A stretch of 64,000 nucleotides of DNA from Octopus sinensis (lineage: Eukaryota). The position numbers and the translations under genes are program-made. Position 1 is the stretch's first letter. Each line of letters opens with the position of its first letter. The stretch spans positions 4,340,001 through 4,404,000 of the forward strand of contig NC_043010.1 in the NCBI RefSeq assembly GCF_006345805.1, in the 5' to 3' direction. This document shows positions 41,216 through 54,086 of this stretch, in pieces. The notes under the pieces were generated by a model, which worked only from the letters and a program-made list of their open reading frames with translations, was not told the DNA's origin and made no database searches.

Positions 41216-41410
41216 TGATGATGATGATGAAGAAGAAGAAGAGGAGGAGGAGGAGAATGATGAGGATGTTGATGGTGATGATGATGGTGATAATGATGAT
41301 GATGATGATGAGGAGGAGGAGAAGGAGGAGGAGGAGGAGAATGATGAGGATGATGATGATGGTGATGATGATGAGGATGATGATGCGGATGATGATGAGG
41401 AGGAGGAAAT
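41205..41410. repeat. Compound (GAT)/(GAA)/(GAG) trinucleotide tract extending the RTE tail
   Basis: Directly visible; contiguous with TTTAAACGATG. Confidence 0.93.
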
Positions 41411-42307
41411 AGTTTAAAGTTAAAAATACACTGCTGTGCTAATATTATTATTATCAAATAAATGCGAATTACTCACATCTCTAGTCAGGGATTGCATGTA
41501 TATGTTTACTCTAATCAAATCATCAGTCTTCTTCATATGTAAATTTGCTGCTTTTGTGAAAGACTGCCAATGTATATTTAATACGAGCATACAGTGCCTT
41601 AATTGAATAGGCCACAAATATATAAAAATGAGTCAATATTGGACAAGGAATGCGTCCTCCTCTTTAAATGGATCACTGATAGCTATTCAATCAGCTAAAC
41701 TCATTTTTGTTTCTTTGTTAGGGAAATAAGAGTGATAAAGTTTAGGGGAATATGAGCGATAATGTTTAGGAGAATAAAGATGGTGCTATGCTAAATGGTT
41801 ATCAAAAGTCTCATCTTAATGTAAGCATGTTCAATCTACAAATAACAGAAACCAAAATACATTAATTAATCTCACCTACTCCCACATCTTCATCATTATC
41901 AGGTTATTAACCATTAGTTATTGAATAACTGAAACCAGACTTTCAATGCTTGTAGGGCTTATTATCTTGACACACCAGCTCAGCTATAATCTTTTATTGC
42001 CTATCCAAGTATTTATTATATTAACTGTTGGGGCTTAAAAGCTAAGCTGATCTTGGCAGGAATCAAACTCACAACTGTAAATTATCAAAGAGATGCTACA
42101 GTTTAGTGCTTTCGACTTGGCAATATAACATGTGGCTGTTTGCATGTTAATTCTACTACGTTCACTCTGTACAAGTAGAAGCAAAGTATTGATTTCTGAC
42201 AAAAACAGTAAGCCACAAATTTTTCCGTGGAATTCAATTGGGATTATGTGACATTCATACATTTCTTATGTATTTTTGATATAACGGATAGAAGAAAAAA
42301 TACTTAA

Positions 42308-42527
42308 CCCTTTCGTTACTGTATTTATTTTGAGATGCTCTGTGTTTCTTTCAATTATTTTAAATATAACAAAGAATTTAGTAAAATGACTTAGTTATCG
42401 TTAACCTAGTGTTAGGAACGCAAATTGTGACTAAGGCTTGGTAAAATATTTTAATTCAAAACTTATGAAAACAAGACATTTTACCACAGAGCCAGAGCCG
42501 GTTTTAGCCAGGTTAGTAACAAAATAC
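42308..42527. mobile_element. piggyBac-like MITE, family P1
   Basis: TTAA|CCCTTTCGTTAC...GTAACAAAATAC|TTAA, collinear with 23966-24184. Confidence 0.83.
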
Positions 42528-43152
42528 TTAATATTTCTTGATAGAAGCATTAGATCTTGCATATATGTACAAACTGCAGTATATGTTTGTATATGTGGTT
42601 ACTATGTCATGACAGGATGCATGTATGTGTCTTTGTATATTAAGAATGGTCTTCATTTCTTTGATTAGAGATTGGACATCTGATTCATGGTAGAGGCATG
42701 GCCACATTGTTATGAGTTTCTCAGTGGCAAATGAATCAGAACCAGCAAAGAATTCCTTAAGTCACTAGTAGAATATAAATGGAAACATAGTGACTCTAAA
42801 GACGTGCATACATTTACACACACACATACAAACACATTCACATACATGCATATATATAGATTATGTGTGTATGTGTGTGAATCTGTCTATAGAAGGTCCT
42901 TGAAATAGAAAAAAACAGTACAATCAGTATATTGGTAACAGAATGAATACAATTTGAATACGACATCTCTTTGTATGTCAGTCTTTCCTAAGCTGAGATT
43001 TATTTGACCAAGCATACTTTTGCAATAGTTTACAATATTGTATTCAAATATATGAGTGAGTGTGTGTGTGTGGAGGGTGGAGAGAGAGAGAGAACATAGA
43101 TAGATAGTGAGAGAGAGACAGACAGACAGACAGAGTGTTTGTGTATGTATAT

Positions 43153-43550
43153 ACTCTTTACTCTTTTACACTTTTACTTGTTTCGGTCATTTGACTGTGG
43201 CCATGCTGGAGCACCACCTTTAGTTGAGCAAATCGACCCCAGGACTTATTCTTTGTAAGCCTAGTACTTGTTCTATCAGTCTCTTTTGCTGAACCACTAA
43301 GTAACGGGGACATAAACACACCAGCATCGGTTGTCAAGTGATGCTGGGAGGATAAACACAGACACACAAACATACACACACATATATATATACGGCGGGC
43401 TTCTTTCAGTTTCCATCTACCAAATCCACTTATAAGACTTTGGTCAGCCCAAAGCTATAGTAGAAGACACTTGCCCAAGGTGCCATGCAGTAGGACTGAA
43501 CCCGGAACCATATGGTTGGTAAGCAAGCTACTTACCACACAGCCACTCCT
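43153..43550 (-). mobile_element. Family-A SINE, full length
   Basis: End-to-end match to the family. Confidence 0.9.
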
Positions 43551-44117
43551 ATTATATATTTATATTTTATGTGTGCGTTTTAATATTTTGCTTAGGTATT
43601 GTGATGCTAACAAGCTGGTGTAGAACTCAATAAGTATGCCTCTGAAGGAAGTGTTGGTCAAGTGAAAAGTGGTAATAAGAGAAGAGGTGGCAATGGAATA
43701 AATGATTATCTTATGAACTTTGTTAGCATACAATTGGTTCCACTATAAGATGTGGTGGACTCACAGTTGAGTGGCTGAGTAACTCTTTACAGAGCTTTGT
43801 GCATGTGTCTATGTGTAAGATGTTGAATTAGCAAATGTCTCAGTCTGCAAAAATTGATAACTCTCCACTAAAATAAATACTTTTGTTTGATTAATCTTTC
43901 ATTTGTTTATTTTATTTTTTTTAACTTGTTTCTATAATTGGACGGTGGTCATGCTAGGGCAATGCCCTGAATGGTTTTTCAGTCAATCAAATCAACTCCA
44001 ATACTTATTTTAAGACTAGTTCCCACTTTAACTGAAAGGATGAAACATTCTGTTCCTTAACAGGTTAGTAAATGTTCTGGTATTTTGTTTTAACCAAATC
44101 AGAAAAAACAAATTGTA

Positions 44118-44208
44118 AACAGTTATCGCCAAGCTAATATGGCAGTCCATAAATATAGGACGAAAGTTGCCGTTTATGGACTGCCATATTAGCTTGGCGA
44201 TAACTGTT
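44118..44208. repeat. Perfect 36-bp inverted repeat with a 19-nt loop (91-nt hairpin)
   Basis: AACAGTTATCGCCAAGCTAATATGGCAGTCCATAAA and its exact reverse complement. Confidence 0.97.
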
Positions 44209-44399
44209 AATATCTAGTACTGCTGCCGTAGTCTCCTTCAGAGAGACTTAGAAATAATAATATTTCTAATTCTAAACAATTAAATAGAAATGAGTGTCCA
44301 TGCTTTATATTCAGCTTGTACATAGTTGCTTGACTGGCTGGAAATAGCATCTACATCTCCTTTAAATCACATCCCACTGCCTAAAAATTAGAAAGGAGT

Positions 44400-44845
44400 C
44401 AGTCATAGTTTTGTGTTCAGTCCCACTGTATAGCACTTGGGAAAGTGTCTTCTACTCCAGCTCTGGCTGATCAAATCCTTACGTATTTGGTAGATGTAAA
44501 CTGAAAGAAGCCTGTCATACATACATACATACATACATACATACATACATACATACATACATGCATACATACATATATACATGCATACATACATGCATAC
44601 ATGCATACATACATACATACATACATACATACATACATACATACATAGTTGAAAATGAGCATCACCATCACACATGCACTGTCCTTTATTTTCCAATCTT
44701 TTGTGTTGGTCATGGGGGAAATATTACCTTACTTGGAAACAGAATGATGTTTGACAACAAGAAGACCATTTGACCATTGAAAATCTGCCTCTTTAAATTT
44801 CACCAAACTCATGGTAGTATGGAAAAGTGGACTTTAAAACGATGC
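44400..44845 (+). mobile_element. Chimeric SINE: family-A head, (TACA)n, different body and RTE-type tail
   Basis: GTTCAGTCCCACTG head; GGAAATATTACCTTACTTGGAAACA body (also near 34450); ATGGAAAAGTGGACTTTAAAACGATG tail. Confidence 0.65.
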
Positions 44846-45277
44846 AGTTCAGTGAAAAGAGCCTGATAGAATAAGAACTAGTCTTAAAATAAGTATTGGA
44901 GTTGATTTGATTGACTGAAAGACCATTCAGGGCATTGCCCTAGCATGACTGCCGTCCAATTATAGAAACAAGTAAAAAAAATAATAAACAAACAAATGAA
45001 AGATTAATCATATATGATTTGTCCCTTCGCTAGTTGAATGTCTGAATGGAGATAAAATATTTCAGAAAGAGAATTCTTTCTGGATTTTCATTTGTGCATG
45101 AATATTCTTCAGATAGGTTTCGGATTCAATTGTGTAGAAAATTGGAATGGACAATTATCTTTTCCATCAGGCTCACATTTCAATACATTGTCCAATAAAT
45201 GATTGTGAGTACAAGCGACTTCCATTTTTTCTCTGCTGATCTGGAATAGGGAATCTTCCGGTATGAAATGGTATCCC

Positions 45278-45763
45278 AAGCCTGCTTATGGTAAGATCAA
45301 ACATATTTTGTTGAATAATTAGCTATCTATAAGAGCGAGGAATGAGTCTTGGAGGCATACATTCAACCTATCCTCATATATGGTTATGTGATTTGATGGA
45401 TTATCAACTAACAAGTGCAGAAGCTTATCAGAGCTGCAGAGATAAATACTGAGGGTATCTTATGTAGATAAAATAGTGACAAACAGTGAGGTTCTTATAT
45501 GAGTAAAGACCATCAGTAATCTTTTCAACAACATAAGGAGACAACAGGCTTAGTTAAGTGTACAGCATATGAAAAGAAAATACATTGAGCACTTGATAAT
45601 GATGGAAAAACTGAAAGAAAAACATTGGGGAAGAAAGAGAGCCAAGGTTTATATGATAACCTTAGTAGCTAGCTTCATAAGGACCAGGTCAATAATGTGC
45701 TAAGTTGTGAGCAGAGGAATGTGGAAGGCCATGGTCACCTATGCCTTTAGGAATGGCACGTGA
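45278..45763 (+). pseudogene. RTE-clade LINE ORF C-terminal fragment
   Basis: Manual translation with frameshifts: LEAYIQPILIYGY...ILRVSYVDKIVTNSEVL...IEHLIMMEKLKEKHWGRKR...MWKAMVTYAFRNGT*. Confidence 0.8.
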
Positions 45764-46199
45764 AAGAGATGATATCAGAAGTTTGGTAAAATTGTTAAGT
45801 TTCTAATGAATGTGTTCCAATTCAACTCCTGCCATAAATGCGATAACTATCATATCGTCAAGAGTCAGTAAAAGAACCTCTAGGTAGCTGTTCAGAATGC
45901 AGAAATATCAGCCTATTCTCCCTCATCTGCAATAAAGGAAAGGACGTATTAGATTATGTAGTTGAAGATGTCTCTAAAATGATGTGGATGTCTTAAGTGG
46001 AATACATTTAACGTATTTCTACTCAGAGTTCATCTGGAGATAAACAATGACAAAATGGCTGCTAAATTTGCTTTCAAATTTCTAGGTTTGTATCTTTCTT
46101 ATGAACCCTACTTCTGCCTGAATACTCTCTCATAAATAAACATAATAAAACCTGTCCACTGTACTGTCCAATTGTTTCAACATTTACATAATGGTTTAA

Positions 46200-46421
46200 C
46201 CCTTTAGCATTTAAACCGGCCATATCCGGCCAAAAGTATTCTGCCTGTTTTATGTTCAAACTGGCCAGATCTGGTCTCTCACACCACCCCTACAATATCG
46301 TTTTAAAAATTAACAACTACCTCATCAAAATCTCAAAGCTACAAGATAATGCCTGATTAGTTCAAGGTAATGTGGGTAAAAAAAGGATTAATTTTGGCAG
46401 AATAATGCAAACACTAAAAGG
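46200..46421. mobile_element. piggyBac-like MITE, family P2, intact
   Basis: TTAA|CCCTTTAGCATTT...CACTAAAAGG|TTAA. Confidence 0.85.
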
Positions 46422-47175
46422 TTAAAGTTAGCTTACATTGGATAGTTCCACAAACTTTAATTTACTTATGCATTTTAATATCATTTCATAATTGATTCCA
46501 TTCTCATTTTGTCTGTTTGGCAGCTTCAAACAGTCGGTAATTCATATCAACTGTTTCTGATATGTGTTGCATCTCTGGGAAAGATGCTCAACCTCCAAGG
46601 GTCTCTTGCAGATATTCTAAAATAGGTACTATACAAACATGAAATGAAATTCATCTTTGTAAGCAAAAATGGGTACCAGATCAGCTGAATGTTTGTTACC
46701 TTTAACTTCTTGGCTCACATGCTTATTATTAAAGCAGAAGGAAAAAAATCAGACAAAATACGCATTAGTTCCAATAGACATACTTTTGGAAAATATTAAT
46801 TTTCTTTTCAGTCTTGGAGTCCACTTGGGTAGCCTTGTACCCTTCATTTGAAGGTGTAGCTTTATGTTTCATACATTTATTTAATAGGGAAAAAATAATC
46901 AAATAAGGAATCTCAAATAAATCTTCAGTAGGTTACTGCTCTGGCATTTGAATATCTGTGATTGTGTGGATGCTACATGTATATATATATATATATATTA
47001 GAAGAAATGAGGTACTCAGAAAATCGGATGGTTTATATTTACAGATGTTTATTTGTATATTACATTTTTTATACATCATATAACTTAGATCATGTATTAG
47101 CGCTTTCTCCCATTCTAGTGGGGTTTTCAAATCAAACTAAGTTCCTGTGTGTACCTGCACATCATCTCCAAACCT

Positions 47176-47213
<38 letters not shown>

Positions 47214-47819
47214 TCACACACACGCATATATATGTATGCATGAATGTATGTGTATATATATATGTGTCTGTGTGTTTGTGTTTGTCTTTCACCAGATGAA
47301 AACTGATGTTGGTTTGTTTACACTTCCACAACGTAGCAACTCAGTAAAAATAAAATAACAGCAACAACCATAATAATGGTTTCAAATTTTGCCATAAGGG
47401 AGGTGAAATAAAGTAGAATAAGACCAACAGAACCAAACTGAGAAGCATCCTACAATAGGCCAAATAAGGGATTGGCATGAAGACACTCACCAACTGGCTC
47501 ACAAATGTGCTGTGTTTCCTTACTCTGCTTTTTCAATAAGAATATCAGCTATTCAGAGCTGGCCACCGTATGCCATACCTACTAAGACATTTCTGACTCC
47601 CTTGCTGTCTCTCCTCTTATAATTTATATTAAGTCCACCCAATTCAAGCCCTGCACTAACCACTGTACGCTGCCCTTTTTTCTCCAGAAGGTCAATTCTC
47701 TAGAAATCCTTCCCTTCCCATATTCTTCATGCATTCATGAACTTATTTAATTGATTTCACTGTCTTGCGGGATCTGCAAAGGCTAATAACCCAATAACAC
47801 AATCCTTCCTTCAGATCAA

Positions 47820-47840
47820 ATCATTAATATGTATATATGC

Positions 47841-47873
<33 letters not shown>

Positions 47874-48075
47874 TGTATGTATGTATGTATGTATGTGTGT
47901 ATGTATGTATGTATGCATGTATGTATGTATGTATGTATGTATGTATGTTTGTATGCATATATGTATGTTTGTACATACATACAAACATACATACATACAT
48001 ACTTACATATATATATGTATGTCTCTGTGTGTGTGTCTGTATATATCCATGTATACATATACACACATACATAGA
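47820..48075. repeat. (TATG)n/(TACA)n head-to-head microsatellite
   Basis: Directly visible. Confidence 0.93.
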
Positions 48076-48761
48076 TAAGTATATACTTATGTACAAGCTT
48101 ACATATATGTTTGTTTTACCGATCATAAGACTTTTAAGAGAGCCATACCATTGTGATTGAAATCCTAGAGAACATTAAATATTTCTCAGAAAAATTCCTT
48201 ATTAAATAATTTGATAAAATGTCTTCAGATTTCTAATAAAATATTATAAGAAATATTTTTAAAAAATAATAAAATTGCATTTCACCACTCAATTTTATAT
48301 TGACCTACATCCCTAACTTGAACTTTATTAATCTTGATATCTTAACATTCTTCAAACAATATAGATTTATCATAATTAAATTTTGCTCTCACTGCATAAT
48401 ATAAATAAAAAACAAGAATATTTTACTTCCTTCCAGTCTCATGGTTAAAATTGTATTACTTTCATCATAGCATAAATGTTCTATCGTTTTATCATATTCC
48501 ATATAAACTGATGAAGTTACACCAGGCCATACTGTAATGATTCAAGCTAGAGGCTTTAATTGTTTATGTTCACTCATCACAACTGCACTCTGTCCTTGAA
48601 ATATTAATGAAAATATTAAGCAATATTTTGATGCTGCAGCAATTTTCAGAATTTACTTTTAAATGTAATTTTTTTCCAAGCGAGCAAAATATGAAATTTG
48701 ATCTTAGTTTATGAATAAACTGTAACTTGATTAACCAGTTCTCTGTTTGTTGGATCTAGTA

Positions 48762-49092
48762 CAGGAGTTCTCAAACATCTTCTTCCAACATATCCCCTAC
48801 ATGTCTAGCATTGGTGTACCCAATGTGAAGAATATTAGGTAAAATAGTTGGACACCATAGAACAGGCAATAAACCCATTGTTTCTGTTTTACTCTTTTAC
48901 TTGTTTCAGTCGTTTGACTGCGGCCATGCTGGAGCACCGACTTTAGTCGAGCAAATCAACCCCAGGACTTATTCTTTGTAAGCCTAGTACTTATTCTATC
49001 AGTCTCTTTTGCCGAACCGCTAAGTGACGGAGACGTAAACACACCAGCATCAGTTGTCAAGCGATGTTAGGGGGACAAACTCAAACACACAA

Positions 49093-49123
<31 letters not shown>

Positions 49124-49670
49124 CATATACATATTATTGATTTACTTTTAATCTAATTTCATTTATTTCATAGAATTCAAATCCTGCCATGGTCTACATT
49201 GCCTTTTGTCCTCCTGGGGTCAGTAGAATAATGCACAGTTCACTACTGATTCAATTTAATCAACTTTCGGTTCTCAAGAATTTCAGTTAATTTAATATTA
49301 TATTTTTATTAGATTGAGGAACTTGAATGTTTCTAACAAGTAACTCAAACCTAGACTCAGTTTCAGAAAGGCACACTTGCATACATTTCTCAATTAATAG
49401 CTCCCTGTCCACTGTTCTAGTAAAAGGGTTAGAAGAAATTTGTTTCTCCTAAAATTGATTTTTGCTGAAATTTTGATTTTGGGGTTGCAGAGTCCCTTGC
49501 TGATGATAATTGTATTGAAACAATTATACCTCATAACTTTGAGGTACATGAGTTGCATATTGGTCATTGTGATTGTTTCAAAATTCCAGTGCTTTTACAA
49601 CCCTTGTGTGCCCTTGCAATTTCTCATGGTTACACATGGGATCATGCATACCCCTGTTTGCGAACCCTTG
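48762..49670. mobile_element. hAT-type non-autonomous element with a nested family-A SINE half (48890-49125, minus)
   Basis: TIRs CAGGAGTTCTCAAAC / GTTTGCGAACCCTTG; 8-bp TSD ATCTAGTA / AGCTAGTA. Confidence 0.8.
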
Positions 49671-49899
49671 AGCTAGTACATTGAAGTAGTCGAAGAAAAC
49701 ATTTCTTTGTTTTGTATTTTGTAGGCCTGTACATTTAAAACTTTAAGTTCAACCTGTATGAGGATTGCACAAGAATATTTCTGTGGAGATTTACATGAAA
49801 AATAAAGAAAACATATCTGCAGGTAATGTTATAAAATACTCAATATCATGTGTTGTACATTATCTTATGGAATCATAGAATTTGACAGTAAGCTGAGAC

Positions 49900-50060
49900 A
49901 GGTGACTGATCAAATAATATATCTCTTGCATCTGAGTTCAAATTCTGCCAAAGTTGACTTTGCCTTTCATCTTTTCAGGGAAAATAAATTATGTACCAGT
50001 TGTGTTTTGGGCTTGATCTAATTGACTGGCCCCCTCCCCCAAAATTTTGGGGAATATGCA
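49900..50060 (+). mobile_element. Diverged Nin-domain-type SINE
   Basis: GAGTTCAAATTCTGCC...GACTTTGCCTTTCATCTTTTCAGGG. Confidence 0.7.
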
Positions 50061-50334
50061 AAAAGAATATACTTCTTGCATATTTGATAACAAATTCTTT
50101 CAGCATTAATAATGTGCTAGACAAACCTTATACAAAACTTGTAAAAAGTTTAATGAACTATATTTTAAATAAATATTTTAATGGAAATAGTTTGATTATA
50201 TTTTTGCTAACTGAGACACTCTAATTTTAATAAAGGACACTAATTGTTAAACTTTTACAAATAACTGGAGTGTTAAACTACTTATAAATTGTACCTATCT
50301 ATCTGTCTGTCTGTTTGTCTGTATATATATATAT

Positions 50335-50598
50335 CAGCGTCGCCTTACTGGCATGTGAAAAACATTCGAGCGAGGTCGTTGCCAGTGCCACTGGACTGGC
50401 TCCTGTGCAGGTGGCATGTAAAAGCACCTGCTACACTCTCAGAGTGGTTGGCATTGGGAAGGGCATCCAGCTGTAGAAACTCTGCCAGATCGGATTGGAG
50501 CCTGGTGCAGCCATCTGGTTTGCCGGTCCTCAGTCAAATCGTCCAACCCATGCTAGCATGGAAAGCGGATGTTAAACGATGATGATGATGATGATGAT
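50335..50598 (+). mobile_element. RTE LINE 3' UTR and tail
   Basis: One and a half repeat units, GGTTGGCATTGGGAAGGGCATCCAG, and a (GAT)n tail. Confidence 0.82.
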
Positions 50599-50655
50599 AT
50601 ACCTGTTTATATTTTAGAAAGAATGACACTGGAAAATGAAGGGGTGTTGCTTTTT

Positions 50656-50930
50656 ATGCGTGCGATTTGTGGAAGGAAATACTTTAGTCATGCAGGCCTG
50701 GTCAGCCATCAGAAAACTCGCAGGAATCAACCCCTTGTAAATTGTGATATGGCTGTTGCTCACAACAGAACTTGTGCAACCTGTGGAAAGGCATGCCTTT
50801 CAGCTGGAGGTTTGAAAAGAAATGTCTAAAGACTTCATAATGTGGCACCTGTTCCTTCTGCCAGCCAGCACAGCTGTGCAAATCTTTGGCCAGGCTCAAG
50901 GGTCATACAAGGGCCTCACTTTGCATCATC
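50656..50930 (+). pseudogene. Three decayed, widely spaced C2H2 zinc fingers, probably a LINE ORF C-terminus
   Basis: AICGRKYFSHAGLVSHQKT; CATCGKACLSAGGLKRNV*RLH; frameshifted C..CKSLARLKGHTR. There are no TGEKP linkers. Confidence 0.65.
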
Positions 50931-51095
50931 AACGACTCATTTCAACTATTCTTTCTAGCAATGGCTTTGCTCATATACGAGAAAGCAGCAATTATATATA
51001 TAAATCTGTTTATATCTATAATTGCTTGTCTCACAGAAGACTGGAATTTGATTCCCTGCTGGGGAGGCTTATTATTTTCTGGGCACAGGCATGGG

Positions 51096-51510
51096 ACATG
51101 GCTGTGTGATATAAGTTTGCTCCCCAACCATATGGCTCCAGGTTCAATCCTATTGCACAGCACCTTGGGCAAGTGTCTTCTACTACAGCCATACGATGAC
51201 GAAAGTTTTCTGAGTGGATTTGATAGGCGGAAACTGAAAGAAGCCCATCACACATTAACATACATACATCTATATATATATCTATGTATGTAAATATGTG
51301 CATATCTTTGTGTATGTATGTCACCTACCACTGCTTGACAACCGATGTTGATTTATTTATGTCCCCTTAACTTGGCAGTTTGGCAAAAGAAAGTGTCAGG
51401 CTCCACAACTAAGTACTTGGGTCAATTTGTTTGACTAAACCCTTCAGGGGGGCACCCCAGCATAGCTGCACACCAGTGACTGAAACACATAAAAGATTAA
51501 AGATAAAAGA
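51096..51510 (+). mobile_element. Diverged family-A SINE
   Basis: CATGGCTGTGTG head, CACCTTGGGCAAGTGTCTTCTACTA, and GTGACTGAAACA tail. Confidence 0.78.
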
Positions 51511-51529
51511 TATATAAAAATATGTGTGT

Positions 51530-51796
<267 letters not shown>

Positions 51797-52594
51797 GAGG
51801 AACTACATATGTGTGTGTGTATGCATGCATGTGTATGTGCCAATAGCATTGTTATCTCTTAAGAAGAACTTTCATTTGTTGAATGTTTTACATGAATATT
51901 TCGTATTTTCTCTATATTTAAGAATTTTATTAAGACTTTTGGAGTCTGATCAAAATGTATTATATACATGAGCATGTGTGCACACACACAGACACACACA
52001 CACACAGACACAGACACACACAGACACAGACACAGACACATGTGCACAGGTATAAAGAATCCTGTAAGAGAATCAGGTAAACACAGTAAAAGTTCAGCTG
52101 CCATTTAGAACTAAATTAAAGACATTTCTATCTGGTTATAGAATCAAGAATGAATAAACCAAATTTTATACATTCAAAGCAAGAATTTTACTAAGTTCCA
52201 ACTTATGATACAGAAAAGGTTTCCAGAGATCAAAACTACTAATAATAATTATGAACATTGATGTAATAAAGACATCAGAGACACAAGAAAATGTTTAATT
52301 TACCAAGTCTAATGAAGACAATGATTTTAAAGACAACGATTGTTGTTGATTAAAACTGTATTGATAAACAAGAATATTTTTTTCTTTAGGGTGGCTTGTT
52401 TCAATATCAAGAGTTTATATTGTTCCTGAATATTTTTCCATTTTCATTTAGAGATATTTTAGTGGGGATGAAATGAATCGGAAACATATTAAGTTCATTA
52501 AGTCTGATAAACGGGAGCCTGTGGAAATTTAGTGAGCCAGCTTCTAGTCTTATCTATGGCAAGTGCATATGACTAAAGTACAGCTAAGATTAAT

Positions 52595-52805
<211 letters not shown>

Positions 52806-52834
52806 TGGAGAGAGAGAAGGAGATTCATGAATGA

Positions 52835-53092
52835 TCATGCAATTGAACCAAAAAAGTACCCTTCCCAGGCATAAGTCTGGGCAAGGTTGTTTGTGCAAGA
52901 CCGGTTGTCACCCATGCATACAAGTCTTCCTGCTCCATGCCACAAATGTTGTCCAAAGGAAAGGCAAAGGCCAATACAGCTTGGCACCATTTCTATACCC
53001 TAGTGAACTAAAGCAATGTGAACTAAAGTGTCTTGCTCAAGAACACAACAAATAGCCCAGTCCTCTAACCACTGAGCCATACAACTTCATAC
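52835..53092 (-). mobile_element. Meta-domain-type SINE with internal deletions
   Basis: AAGTGTCTTGCTCAAGAACACAAC and GGGCAAGGTTGTTT mirror 33438-33706. Confidence 0.72.
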
Positions 53093-53164
53093 ATTATATA
53101 TATATATACAGAGAGGGAGAGATGTAAAATTATATATATGTATGTATGTATATATGTATGGGCT

Positions 53165-53550
53165 CCAACATGGCCATGGTGTTAAGAAGTTTGCCTTCTA
53201 ACTATGTCCTTTAAGGTTCAGTTCCACTGTGAGCTACCTTGGGCAAGTGCTTATACTATCGCTTTGGGCCATCTTGTCAGATATGAATGAATAAATGTTA
53301 ATGTCTGTGAGTGCATGTGTGCGTGTGAGTGCATGTGTGCGTGTGAGTACATGTGTGTGTGTGAGTTTTCCCTCATCTTCACATGTGTTCTCTGGTGTTG
53401 GATGGCATCATTTGTTTCCAGTTCTCCTCTGTGTAACTATGTCTTGGCTGTTTGTTATTTGATAGACTGGAAGACTATTAGCTTGTCTGGTAACAGATAG
53501 GGGTCGGCATCAGGAAGATATCTTGCCACAGAGAACTTTGCCCCAACGGT
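53165..53550 (+). mobile_element. SINE with a family-A-like head and an alternative body
   Basis: AGGTTCAGTTCCACTG...CCTTGGGCAAGTG head; GGGTCGGCATCAGGAAG motif near the end. Confidence 0.55.
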
Positions 53551-53668
53551 CTGTATGTATGTATGTAGGTAGGTATGTATGTAGGTAGGTATGTAGGTAG
53601 GTAAGTATGTATGTAGGTATGTATGTGTGTGTATACACACAAACACACACATATATATACATATATAC

Positions 53669-53700
<32 letters not shown>

Positions 53701-54086
53701 CTGTTACCACACATACATATATGGGTACAGGACGTCACCAACAGTAAACAACATGAAATATGAGAACAAATGAGTTCAATATGCAGACGAGAGAGACAAA
53801 TGGAAAACAGGATAAGTAATATAAAGAACGACCCTTCATCAGTTGTCAGCTGTCTATCTACTCCTCATTTCAAGCAAGGGTGCAATGGATAAATTGTCAC
53901 CATTTTATATTTGTAATTTTGCACAAGTGCATTATTTGTTTTTGATTTTATTGACTACAAAGTATAGTAGGGTCAGTTGGGCACTGTCTGTGAGAAAATC
54001 AGCACCATAACACAATTCACTCAGCCAGAAATTTAGAAACAACATGCTGTACTGCTTGGATATCATGCCAGAAGCTCCAATAGAAA

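Larger units (their letters stand above)
43888..45010. repeat. Inverted duplication with ~135-bp arms (43888-44022 and 44875-45010)
   Basis: TAGGGCAATGCCCTGAATGGT and CAGTCAATCAAATCAACTCCAATACTTATTTTAAGACTAGTTC are mirrored, including non-SINE flank (TGATTAATCTTTCATTTG). Confidence 0.92.

Noticed and set aside
41023-41457. 144-aa His/Pro-rich ORF and its Met/Arg-rich antisense ORF
   Set aside because: Artefacts of a GAT/GAG tract grown from an RTE tail.
44154-44172. GACGAAAG in the hairpin loop as a hammerhead ribozyme core
   Set aside because: The partner CTGANGA box is absent.
47380-47810. GC-richer stretch suspected to be a CR1/L2 remnant
   Set aside because: No convincing protein motif was recovered by manual translation.
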